Source of the DNA: Dimorphilus gyrociliatus
Lineage: Eukaryota; Animalia; Annelida
Direction of reading: 5' to 3'
DNA length: 64,000 bases
Assembly (NCBI GenBank): GCA_904063045.1
Contig: CAJFCJ010000002.1
Coordinates: forward strand, 744,001-808,000
Below are positions 22,896-33,487 of the stretch, piece after piece. The notes under the pieces are model-generated. The model did no database searches, was not told where the DNA came from, and saw only the letters and a list, made by a program, of their open reading frames with translations. The position numbers and the translations under genes were made by a program. Numbering within the stretch: position 1 is the first letter of the stretch; each line of letters starts with the position of its first letter.

Positions 22896-24653
22896 AACGC
22901 CATCTTTTGGTAATAGTAATTGTTACGATTTCAATACAAAGAAACTTATTTCTTTTAAAGTTTTCTAAATTTAAATATCAGTATGTAAAAATTTGTAATT
23001 TATTTGTATTGCTTTTACAAAAAATTATACATTCAAATTTAAAAATTTTTTCTTTGGGATTATATCCACTGAACACCAAAGGGGCTCCAGACGAGGTCAC
23101 ACTTGAATGGCTTCCTTTAGAAGAGAGTATTTGAAAAAGATTTTTCAATGCTACAAAATTGAATCAAGCGGGATTTTTCTTTTTGAAACAACAAACGTTC
23201 CAAATTTGTGAAGGAACATCACTAAATTCGTATCAGACGACTAAGAGGAAAATATAAAGCATAATTTTTAAGAGCTCGTCAATCAAATGCCATTAAAATT
23301 AATTAAATAAAACGGAAACCCATATTAAGTATTAGGTTGGTCACTTAAAAATAGGCTAGCTACCTATTCCTACCTTCGTGGATCAGCGTTAAGAGGTAGC
23401 CTTCTGTTGAGAATATGACTAGGTATGTATCTAAATAAAGAATATTCGCTTCAATGGTTGCAGCGTCCAGTTTCTTGTCTTTAGTTATATTTAGAAACAA
23501 TATTCCTCTTCCATATCAAATCAGTTAAACTTTTAGACTCGTTGTCTTTACAATTCAGATATAATCTCGTAAATTTTTTCGGAGTAATTTACGGCCTAAA
23601 TTAAGGTTAGAGAAGTTGTTTAATGAAATTATATAATTATATGAGTTTTATTTGTATAAAATTGCTATATTTCACTTAGATTGTTAATAAAATATACTTT
23701 GTACACCTGTGTATGTATGAGTGTGTGTAAATTATTAACTTCTCATTTTATATACGCTGTTTTTCTCAAGCAATTCCCAAATTTAAGATTATGTTTAAAA
23801 GTTTTAATAAGAAAAAAGAGAATTTGGTTCATAATTTGTTTTTCTATTACGAACTAATTTCTTTAACGAAAATGCCCAACAGTCTTTTATTACAGTTACA
23901 CTTTTCTTTAAACTGGTTGATACTTTTGTGTATCGAATTTTTACTTTTATAATAATTTTATAAGGTTTATTGAAATTATATCTCGCTCGTAAAATTTGCT
24001 TTCTGAAGGACAGCATTTCAAATAAGTAGGACAGTATTGAGTGAATCATTAATTTAAATCTTTTTATTTAAAATCTTACAATAAACTAACTTCTATTGAT
24101 TAGGTTATACATTAAATATACTGAGTAAGATAAGTAGTTTTTGTCAGATTATATTGTTTGAATAGAAGGAAAAAATCTCTTTCCGTTCAGTAGGTTAAAA
24201 AGAAATTTTTTTGAAGAGAATACTGTATATGGTAAACACTAATGATTTCTATACACGGGATTAAATCATTCATTTGGCTTCAAAATGACTTAACTAGCGG
24301 ACAACAATATCTCCCACAACATAACAACCCTACCTTATAATCGTGGGTGTTAAGTACATTTTGGACAAATTTTGGGAGAATAAAACGCTATTTTCCTGAT
24401 CAGAATTCTTTAAGATGAATAACAGGCATTGTTTGACTTTTCTAAAAAAACATATAAAAATTGGAGGCCTATTCTTATATATTTTTTATTCATTCAATTC
24501 AATCATGTGGCCTTGAGCCTGCCCACGTATCGAAAAACTTTATTTAAATTGAATTTCAAATAGTAAAGCCGTCTATTGAATGTCTGAAGGGCATAGATGG
24601 TACTTTATCGGAGAGAAATTTGATGTAGAACTCGCTAATAAAATTTGTAAACC

Positions 24654-27600
24654 ATGGATTATAATCAAAAATTCACATCCGATTTGGATGACATCAATGT
24701 CGATGAATTATTGAAATTCTGCAGGTATATAATTAAAGGTTCCAAAATTTTTAACATCGGATATATCATATTTGTTTTTGTATTATAAGTTGCGGAAAAT
24801 TTGTATCTAAAATCATATTGCAATATACTAACTTACATGGGCTTGGTAATAAGTTTATATTACAAATTTTAATTTAAAGTTACCTCTCCTTGAAAAGTTT
24901 GTTTTTCAACTGATTAATGTATAACTTACTTATGTGTTTTTTTTTAATTTACAGTCCTTTTATTAAACAGACAATGGGTCGGGAATTAGTCTCAATATTT
25001 AATTAATTGATGGATTAATTTCAGCACTAAGTAATATAGAGTCAGTAAGAATTGGTGCTAAACTTTCTTGCTCTTAAATCTTCAAGATTCAGCATAGGCA
25101 ATAAAAGGGTGACACTTTTGTGCAAAACTGTTTCAATACCAGAAGAAATTGAAAGAGCCGCCCGTAGCTATAGTACTTAATAGGTCGGTTAGAACCAAGT
25201 CTCTTTTCTGATGTCTGAGTGAATAATATCCCTGTCTGAATACAACTTGCAAGTTTAATAAATAATAAACTATCCTTGTTTATTTACAGGAAGTTACACA
25301 GCGAAAATGATATTGATAAGAACGATAAGCCATCCTGTTCGGGTAATGAAGAAGTTCCAGGAGACCTAAAGAGCTTTTTTGAACATCCTCTGACTACCAA
25401 TAGGCAAGAGAGCGGGAATGCACTTTTACATGAATATCAAAATTTCGGAAAAATTAGAGAAGAGGAAGCGTCATCGAGCTCTTTTGATAGGTGATTTTAC
25501 AATATCAATCTAAATATTACATCAAGCATACTTTCAAAAAAGCTTTTGTTATACAAATAACTAGAAAGCGCTTTCAATCTCCCACTTTTGTAAAGTAGAA
25601 TATAATAGCGTTTACAATATGCATATTTTTCAGTTTAAGCAAAGGAAATTTTGAAAAGAACAAGAACTGCTTGGTTCTATTAACTGACCAATTCCTCAAT
25701 AAAGATGAACGATTAGCATCGCCAATCAGCTCACCTCAAACTGTACATGATGATGAATTTGCTGAAGTGAAGCAGGAAAATGAAAAAGAATATCTTGACT
25801 TTTGCATGGAAAGAATGGATTGTCCAACAACTGAAATTCCTGTGTCTCTTTCTGTAGACATACCGCCAACATCAGATGTATGCTGCACGACTGCAAATAG
25901 CATTCAATCTTTAATTAATAGTTCTGGAATGGCAGGTTCCAGGCAGACACTTCAAAGCGTTATTGAAGCTATTACCCAAAGACGTATCAACAAGGCAGAA
26001 AATATCAGTTTAAGAGAAGCTCTTGAGATGACAAACAATAATGAACAGCTTTCGCTTGTTTGCCCGGCAGAAGCAGAGGGTAAGCCGCAAAATACGCTCA
26101 TAAAAAGAAGACCGGGTCATAAAGGTAGAAAAATAGCAAAGAAAGGAAAATCATTGAATAATTTAACCCGAAATCAGAATGGCAATTATCCTCTGCCAGA
26201 AAATGAATCGTCTTTGGTATATCCTGATATGTTTTATCCCTACCCTGGAGTGTCACCAGTTTTAGTTTTGCCAGATAAATTCTTAATAAAGTCTGAGGCC
26301 CCTCCTTCTCCAGTAGCAAATCAAACCATCAATACATACTCAGAACAACCGTCGTATGTGTATACGACATCGCCAAATCCTGTATTTAATTTCGAAGAGC
26401 AGAGAAGAACTTCTATGACAAGCACTAGCAGTCTTTCTATCGATAATTTTCTGTCAGATTTCAGTGAAAAAATTCTATCTCCTGAATCAGACACATCGAT
26501 GGATTTTACTTTTAAAGCAGGCAATAGAACAATAGAAGCTCTTTCAAATAAAATTCGCAAAAGACAGCAATCACGAACTGAGAGTGAGAGTGGTGAAGAA
26601 ATTGGGAAGAGAATTTGCTTACGAGCACTGTCTAATGATGAAGGAATTAGTATGAAAAGTCCTGACTCAGGTTATAATGAAGCCTGTTCATCTCCAACAG
26701 ACTCAGTCAGTTTTTTTATAATTTTCTAAATATTAATTGTAATTCGTGCATGCACAGGTGACTTATGACGACTACGAGAAACATAGAAACCCTTTCTCAC
26801 ATGTTATGCCAAATAGCCCTATCTACAAAGAGAATAGCAGCTTCACTCATATTGCTAAATTGTCAGTACCCTTCTTAGACATAACTTTTAAACATTTCAT
26901 TTTATTACTTTGCTTAAAGGGAAAATGATATGAGTGGCTACCAGTTTTTTCTGGAGGCCCCTATTTCGACAAGTCAAAAATTAGATGAAGATCGGATGAC
27001 TTATTTAAATAAAGGAGCTTTTTATGATTTATCCTTAGAGTTACACCAAAACTTAACGAATAGACCAATTCCTATACACGATGTCAAGGTAAAAACTCCT
27101 ACTAAAGTATTATTTTAACTTCTGTAGTCCTAACTACCTTTGAACTGTCTAAAAGATTTTGTTTTTCAGTCAATTGTTCAAGTTGTTTTTCGGCAAGGAA
27201 TAAAAGGTGTTCTCAACGAAGACGAAGCGTGGAAGTTTTGGCATTCAAGACAACACAGTAGTAAAACAAGGGTATTGGATGTTGATATTAATAACAGTAA
27301 AGGATTTAGTATCAAGTCTATTGAAGAGATCGCCAATAATGGAATAGCCGTCAGATGGAACCCGAAAGCTGGAAAAGCCATGGTAATCCTTGCATAGCAA
27401 AATCTTTGAATTAACTTTTATTTTCTAGATTCACATTGCTATCAATTGCCTCAGTACGGACTTCAGCTATCAAAAAGGCATAAAGGGACTACCTCTTCAC
27501 ATTTTAATTGATACTTTTGAGGACGAAAAATCCGACTTTCCCTTCCACCGAGCGTATTGTCAAGTGAAAACATTTTGTGACAAAGGAGCAGAGAGAAAAG

Positions 27601-28438
27601 CTAGAGATGAAGAAAGGAGGAGATTGGCTAGAAATAAGGCACCAGCAGGTTTAAAAAATTAATTTAAGTTATCGTTTGACAGCTACATCAACAATCAATT
27701 TTAGGCTCAAGGCATAAACCGAAAATAGAAGACTCAAAGATTTGTCATCCATATTGTGAAAGATCTTTCTTCTACAGTATGAGAAACTTATACTTTAAAC
27801 CTATACTCTTTAAACCCAATTTATCAACCAACTTAACAAATGAAGTAAATATACTTAATGAGTCCTGTTACAACCTAATCCTTGTATGAAATTGCAGTAC
27901 GTTAAAGATATGGATATAGGATTAGACTCATTCCACAATTTAGATGTCTACAATGGTGCGACATTACTAACTGAGGATAGTAGCAGAGGTCTGCTTAAGT
28001 AATTTATGTGATATTATATTAAACCTCCATTCTCTTTCAGTGCTATTATACGTTCGAGAAAGGCAAGAAACTGTTTTTACACCGCTCCATCTAGCAGACT
28101 CCTCTGTAAACTCCTTGAAGGAAGCAGTAATTTCGATATTTTTATTTAGTTATAATATTTTAAAAAAATTTTATTCTCAGATAGAAAAAAAATACTCAAT
28201 TTCGTCCACCAAGGTTCATAATATATACAGACGATCTAGAAAAGGGTTTGTAGTATTGTTAAGAATTCAATTTCCAAACTCAATAATTGTAAACAGTATC
28301 ATAGCGAAAATGGATGATGATCTCCTCAAACATTATTGTAATGAGTCTACATTCCTGATAAGCCTCATTCGCTTGACTGAAGAACAGAATCCCGACTTTT
28401 GCTATTATAATGTTACCCTAACCGAAATCGATGAGTAA
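24654..28438 (+). CDS. grh: Grainyhead (CP2 family) transcription factor, multi-exon
   Basis: CP2 domain: [12 protein letters not shown]...[70 protein letters not shown]; C-terminal VLLYVR...F..L. First exon 24654-24724 ([31 protein letters not shown]) splices in phase to 25290. Confidence 0.93.
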
Positions 28439-29735
28439 ACAATTACAGCTTATGAAGAATCATTTTCATTGCTGAAAGATGTCGTTGACCGTTTCAACAG
28501 TATTAAAAAATTTGTGGAAAAGGAATAGTTGAGATTCAATAGAAAATCTAACATCTAGTTACAATATTTTTATTAGATTTTTAAATGAACAATAACAAAT
28601 AAAGAAATTAGAAATTAGTTAGAAATGTTTTGTTTCAAAAAGAATTGCAATAAGTTTTGTTTACAATACTCCAATCACGTGAATAATAATAACAAGTGGA
28701 TTTTAATTATTAATGAATACTAAAATCAATATATTAAAAACTACATTCTTTTCGTTTTGCTTTGACTTAAGATGTTCTTAATCTTTGCCTTAGGAAAGAA
28801 AAACTGAATATCTATTAAACTTAAGATAAAATTTTAAACTTCTTTCATATATATTTTGTCGTAATTATGACAATAAATTAAAAGCTCGATTAAGACATAT
28901 TATTAATGGATTGTAGAAAATGCTTTTGATTGTTGAAGGTAAATATTGGCGGATCAAAGATAAATAAATATGCAGTATGTTTACTTGTAGGAAATTGCTC
29001 TTAAACGAATTTTTATTACCGACATTTTTTTGCAATAAGAAGTTGCCAAAAAAACTACGATCACCATAAAAGAATCGCTTAATAGATTTTATAACAAGAA
29101 AAATTACAAATCTCTATTCTGTCGAGCATAATATATAATATTTTGTGCCATTTTTCGCTCTCTGCTGGTTTCAAGTTATGCCGATTGGTATTCGACAGGG
29201 TCATGTGACCACTTGTGCTTGTTTGCTTGCCAAAAGACTGCAAAAGCCTGAGCATAATGTCAAATTTTTTTTTCTTTCGATTTTTTCCTTCACCGTATCG
29301 TTTTTCAGCTATATAGGTAAGAATACTTTTTGTTAGTCCTTTTTAGACCACTCTTAAATATATTTGTGGTAAAAGAAAAATTACTCGACGACACACAAAA
29401 TTTCTAAGTTTTCTCTAGCTTTCCTTTTGAATAGACGTAATCAGTAAAACCGATTTTTCTTACAAGGTATTAGTCGGAATTAGGTTATAACATTAAGCAG
29501 TCTCCTTACCGGAAGCGAGATATGCATGTCACTGAAGAAGGAAACCAACTGTAATCGGCTACAAATGTAATCAAAAATTTCTAACGAAGTCAAAATTTGC
29601 ACTATAGGGTAAGAATAATAAAGACAACTATTTAGTCTCGGATCTTCAAAATATCAAGTGAAAAATTTAAACAATTGTATTTCTGCTAAAGCTTCTAATG
29701 CATGATATCAAAGAAAATGATTTGATGGCATCGTA

Positions 29736-31343
29736 ATGAAGCAAAGACGGTCTAAAAACGATATTCGTCGGAAAGCTGAAATATTTTGTCGGACTACCTC
29801 GGCCCACGGCTTAGCTCAATTTATTCGGGAATCTTCGTGTCCCAAAAGAATTTTTTGGATGGTTATCTTTATCGTAGCGGTAATAGGCAATATGACCCAT
29901 TCCCTTTTGCTATTTGTACAATATTTTAAATATGAGGCAACGGAATCAAGCACAATAGTTAATGAGAATGCCGAGTTTCCGCATATAACTATATGTAACA
30001 TTGATCCTATGTCTTCGACGAATATCATTGAACTATTAAGCAATAAAAGTTCACGAACATACAAATATGACGTTTTCCAAAGGGAACAGTTTGATACTTT
30101 GGCTAAAACTTATAATAAATCTCATCTAACTGCTCGTGTACAAAGTTGGCATGCATTCTACGAAAATATTGGTGAAGAAGAAATCAGGCGAGCAGGTCAC
30201 TCTCTTCCTGACTTCGTTGTTCATTGCCAATTTGGAGCTAGCAGAAAAGAATGTAACTTAAAGGAAGATTTTGTCGCGTTTACAAACCCCTCCTATTTTA
30301 ATTGTTATATATATCGACCGAAGCAACCATTGCGTGTCACAAGATCGGGAGCACAATATGGCCTATCATTGATCCTTTTTCTCGAAGCAACGAATGGAAG
30401 TGTGCATCCCGAAGTTTACAATGCGTTCAGCACTATTGGTAATTCAGCCGGTGCAAGAGTTTCGATACATGCACCATCTGAAGTAGCCGATCCAACAGGT
30501 GATGGTTTCGATGTGCTACCTGGGCATTCTACTACGATAAGTCTTGAGCAAGAATTTATCACTCGTTTATCAAATCCCCATGGTAACTGTACTGAAGAAA
30601 TAAAAACTACAATGTTTGGCTATCAAGTTCCGTTTACAATGTGCCTAGACTATTGTATTCAAATGATATATGTTAAGAAGTGCGGTTGCAAAACTCCTTT
30701 TCTGCCGATCACTAATACCGAGAAGGAAATTCCGTTTTGTGGACAATATGATCCAAACGAGTCAACTGAAAATTATTTTCATCGGCTTGAATGTGAAACA
30801 GAGGTATCTAAGAGGATTGATGCATTTTTCGATAGGTCCAGATGCTCATGCGCTCCCTCTTGTGAAAGTGTAGAATACTTTCCAATAATTAGTCAAAGCA
30901 AATGGCCTTTGGCTAAAACAGAGGCCTCTTTTTACGAAAAATACGTAAAAGAACGTCGCGACAAAAGTCAAATAAAATCTTTCACTACCTTAAGGAGTAT
31001 CGATTTTAAAAATCGTTTGTTACGTAGTAACGTGATTAGAAGTAACTTCCTTAGATTAAATATTAATTATAGAAAACTGACTGCTCGAAAGAGAGCTCAA
31101 GTCCCATCTTACGCATTGGCAAACTTATGGTCAGATGTTGGCGGAACATTTGGATTATGGGCTGGTGTTAGTGTGATAACAATAACAGAGGTCACAGTTC
31201 TCACATTGGGAGTGTGTTCTAGCTTATGCTCGAGAAGGAGAAAGCAAATCAGGGAAAAAGACCATGCTAGGCAAATTAATTCATTAAATGGCTATATACC
31301 AGTCTATAAAACGCAAACGGAAATATATGATATATCAATATAA
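29736..31343 (+). CDS. DEG/ENaC-family sodium channel subunit (FaNaC-like clade), intronless
   Basis: TSAHG motif, TM1 (RIFWMVIFIVA), FPHITICN, Cys-rich thumb, GLSLILFLE, RLNINY, TM2 DVGGTFGLWAGVS with the GxS filter. Confidence 0.93.
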   Translation: MKQRRSKNDIRRKAEIFCRTTSAHGLAQFIRESSCPKRIFWMVIFIVAVIGNMTHSLLLFVQYFKYEATESSTIVNENAEFPHITICNIDPMSSTNIIELLSNKSSRTYKYDVFQREQFDTLAKTYNKSHLTARVQSWHAFYENIGEEEIRRAGHSLPDFVVHCQFGASRKECNLKEDFVAFTNPSYFNCYIYRPKQPLRVTRSGAQYGLSLILFLEATNGSVHPEVYNAFSTIGNSAGARVSIHAPSEVADPTGDGFDVLPGHSTTISLEQEFITRLSNPHGNCTEEIKTTMFGYQVPFTMCLDYCIQMIYVKKCGCKTPFLPITNTEKEIPFCGQYDPNESTENYFHRLECETEVSKRIDAFFDRSRCSCAPSCESVEYFPIISQSKWPLAKTEASFYEKYVKERRDKSQIKSFTTLRSIDFKNRLLRSNVIRSNFLRLNINYRKLTARKRAQVPSYALANLWSDVGGTFGLWAGVSVITITEVTVLTLGVCSSLCSRRRKQIREKDHARQINSLNGYIPVYKTQTEIYDISI

Positions 31344-31380
31344 AGCTTAAAAGCACTTTAAAATAAAAGAGAAAATTTTT

Positions 31381-32328
31381 TTAAAATACAGCAGTATTTT
31401 CATTAAATGTAACTGACTTCTTTTCTATCTTATTTCTTGCCGAGTATGGTGAACTTGAAAAACCTGCTGAGGAATGAGAGCTTGCACTGGGTGTAGGCAG
31501 AGAACTCATTTTTGACAAATTCCAAGAGTTTCCTTCAAAAAAACTAATGTTTCCCGGATCTGTGTACAAAAAAGTGTAAAGTTAATATTCTTATTCTTCT
31601 GAATAAAGTTACGGACCCGGAGGAGTTGTCCATTTACTTGTGGTTGAAGTCGGAGAATCTAAATGTGCCATTTCGTCCTCAGAACTTTTCTCTTCTTCAT
31701 TTTTTTTTGTTTTGCACCTTTCCTTATGTTTTAACAATGACGTAGATCGAGTAAAAGTTAGAAAGCAATTTTCACATTCAAAAGTAATTCCGTATCTTCT
31801 ACCTCCGGATCCTCCCAACGGTCGTCGACTTGTTTTACGTACTCCAGCTCTAATGGTAGAACTTAGATTTTTTACCGGAAAAGGTGATAAATCTTTGTCC
31901 TCTTGATCATGCTTTTCGTCTACGTTTTGCTCATCAAATTCAACTTCGTCAGACGAGATTGCGTTATCATTAATTGTATATCCATCACAAACCTCTTTTT
32001 CTGGATGACTTTGCAAACCCTTTGAAACCAAAGCATATTTTGTTTTTTGGTATGACATACTTCTTGGTTGACAATACAAACCATCTTCATAGGGATTCAT
32101 AGATACATACGCGTAGTTGTCGAGTGTATTTTCAACATTTCGAGGACAAGTTTGTGTTTTTCCTTCATTATAAATTACTCTATCCGCTAAATGGATCACA
32201 TTCGTTTTCTGGTCTGTCGAAATAAATATCGCACCATGTATATTAAGTTGGGTACTACATTTCGTCTTCTTGATTATAACATCTATAATTTCTTTGCGGA
32301 TTTCTCCTGAATCACTTATAATTTCCAT
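31381..32328 (-). CDS. Single C2H2-like zinc-finger protein with a compact N-terminal alpha/beta domain, two exons
   Basis: FECENCFLTFTRSTSLLKHKERC (CxxC...HxxxC finger); basic RKTSRR linker. A 57-nt intron at 31616-31560 (GTCCGT...ACACAG, phase 1) joins the two ORFs in frame. Confidence 0.72.
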
Positions 32329-33487
32329 ATTGAGGACTAATAGACAAACACTGTTAGTTAATGTTAAATTGAAAACAAAAGCTTAAGCTGTGTGAGTATT
32401 AACCTGAAATAACTCAAGTTATTTATTAGTCTTTATTTCATTATATACTATTATTTTTTTTATATTAAATATAGATTAATAGAAAAAAACATTATATATT
32501 AGTATATAGTATTTTTATTAAAGCTTGGTATGAATTGATAGCTAAAAAGTAATATTTTAGCATGTGTACTGTGAATTATCAGATATGAAAATTTTTACCT
32601 TTGCCGTTAATGTAATCTTCCTTTTGTCGATTAAAAATATGCACTCAAATGACAAGAGTATTTTCATCAAATGAATCATTAAATAACTTTTACGTCTGTA
32701 AGTTATCAACCATAAGCATAGGTATAATAAAGTACAAACTTTTACAGCTTAAATTTATCAGTCGTTTCTTATCTATCTCCTTACGCCAACTCTTTACTCA
32801 TTTGGGTGGTAATATGACTTACAATGTAAATATAGGCATGTTAAAGAATGAAACGAATAGAAATAATATATAAAATGCTAATGCTTCGTGGCTTTATAAC
32901 AGCTATTAGTATATATACACCTATGTACGTTGTAATTTTCTAAAATGGTTATGCCTAAACATTGTTATGATAAAAATTTGAAATAAACAAGTTAAATGAG
33001 GCTAAATCGCTAATTACAGTGAAGAATATGTTTGTGAGGAAAGATCTGCGACAGTCTAAAAAAGAAAATTAAGTATGATATGGCAAAATCAATATTTCAC
33101 AGTTGTACACCATGAAGAAATTTCGAAGTCAGAAAGATATGAGTTTTACTAAAATAGCCAGCCTAACTATTTATGTTTGATAAATGAAGAACTGGTTGTA
33201 TATAAATTATTCACATACTTATAAAATATCATTAATGCATCCTCTAAAATAAAGTTTCAAATAAATCTTCGTGACAACAAATATTATAATTGAAATTTTT
33301 AAAACTTAAATAAATTCCCTATGGAAAATTTCAACCAGGGCCCGATAAATTGATATAGTACTTTTTTAAAAAATATTAAAAATTTCTGTCTTTTGAAAAG
33401 ATCTCTAACAAAGAGAATCCGCTGTGTAGGAATGACATCAAAGAAAAAAAAGGTTCACTTGTTACATTTCAATAATATCGTATAACC

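Noticed and set aside
22907-23134. 75-aa ORF after the type I membrane gene, possibly an extra tail exon
   Set aside because: No phase-consistent canonical splice path found; composition is low-complexity AT-rich.
23911-23918. AACTGGTT Grainyhead-type site upstream of grh (also 33190, 37788), suggesting autoregulation
   Set aside because: An AT-rich 8-mer; a few copies in 64 kb is about what chance gives.
28924-28960. TTTTGATTGTTG (miR-315-like start) within a small hairpin
   Set aside because: The stem is only about 12 bp with wobbles, too short for a pre-miRNA, and the 3' half does not match.
29198-29210. GGTCATGTGACC M-box/CLEAR-like element and the 63-aa ORF at 29145
   Set aside because: Single motif occurrence with no lysosomal or pigment gene downstream; the ORF lacks an ATG start, homology and splice support.
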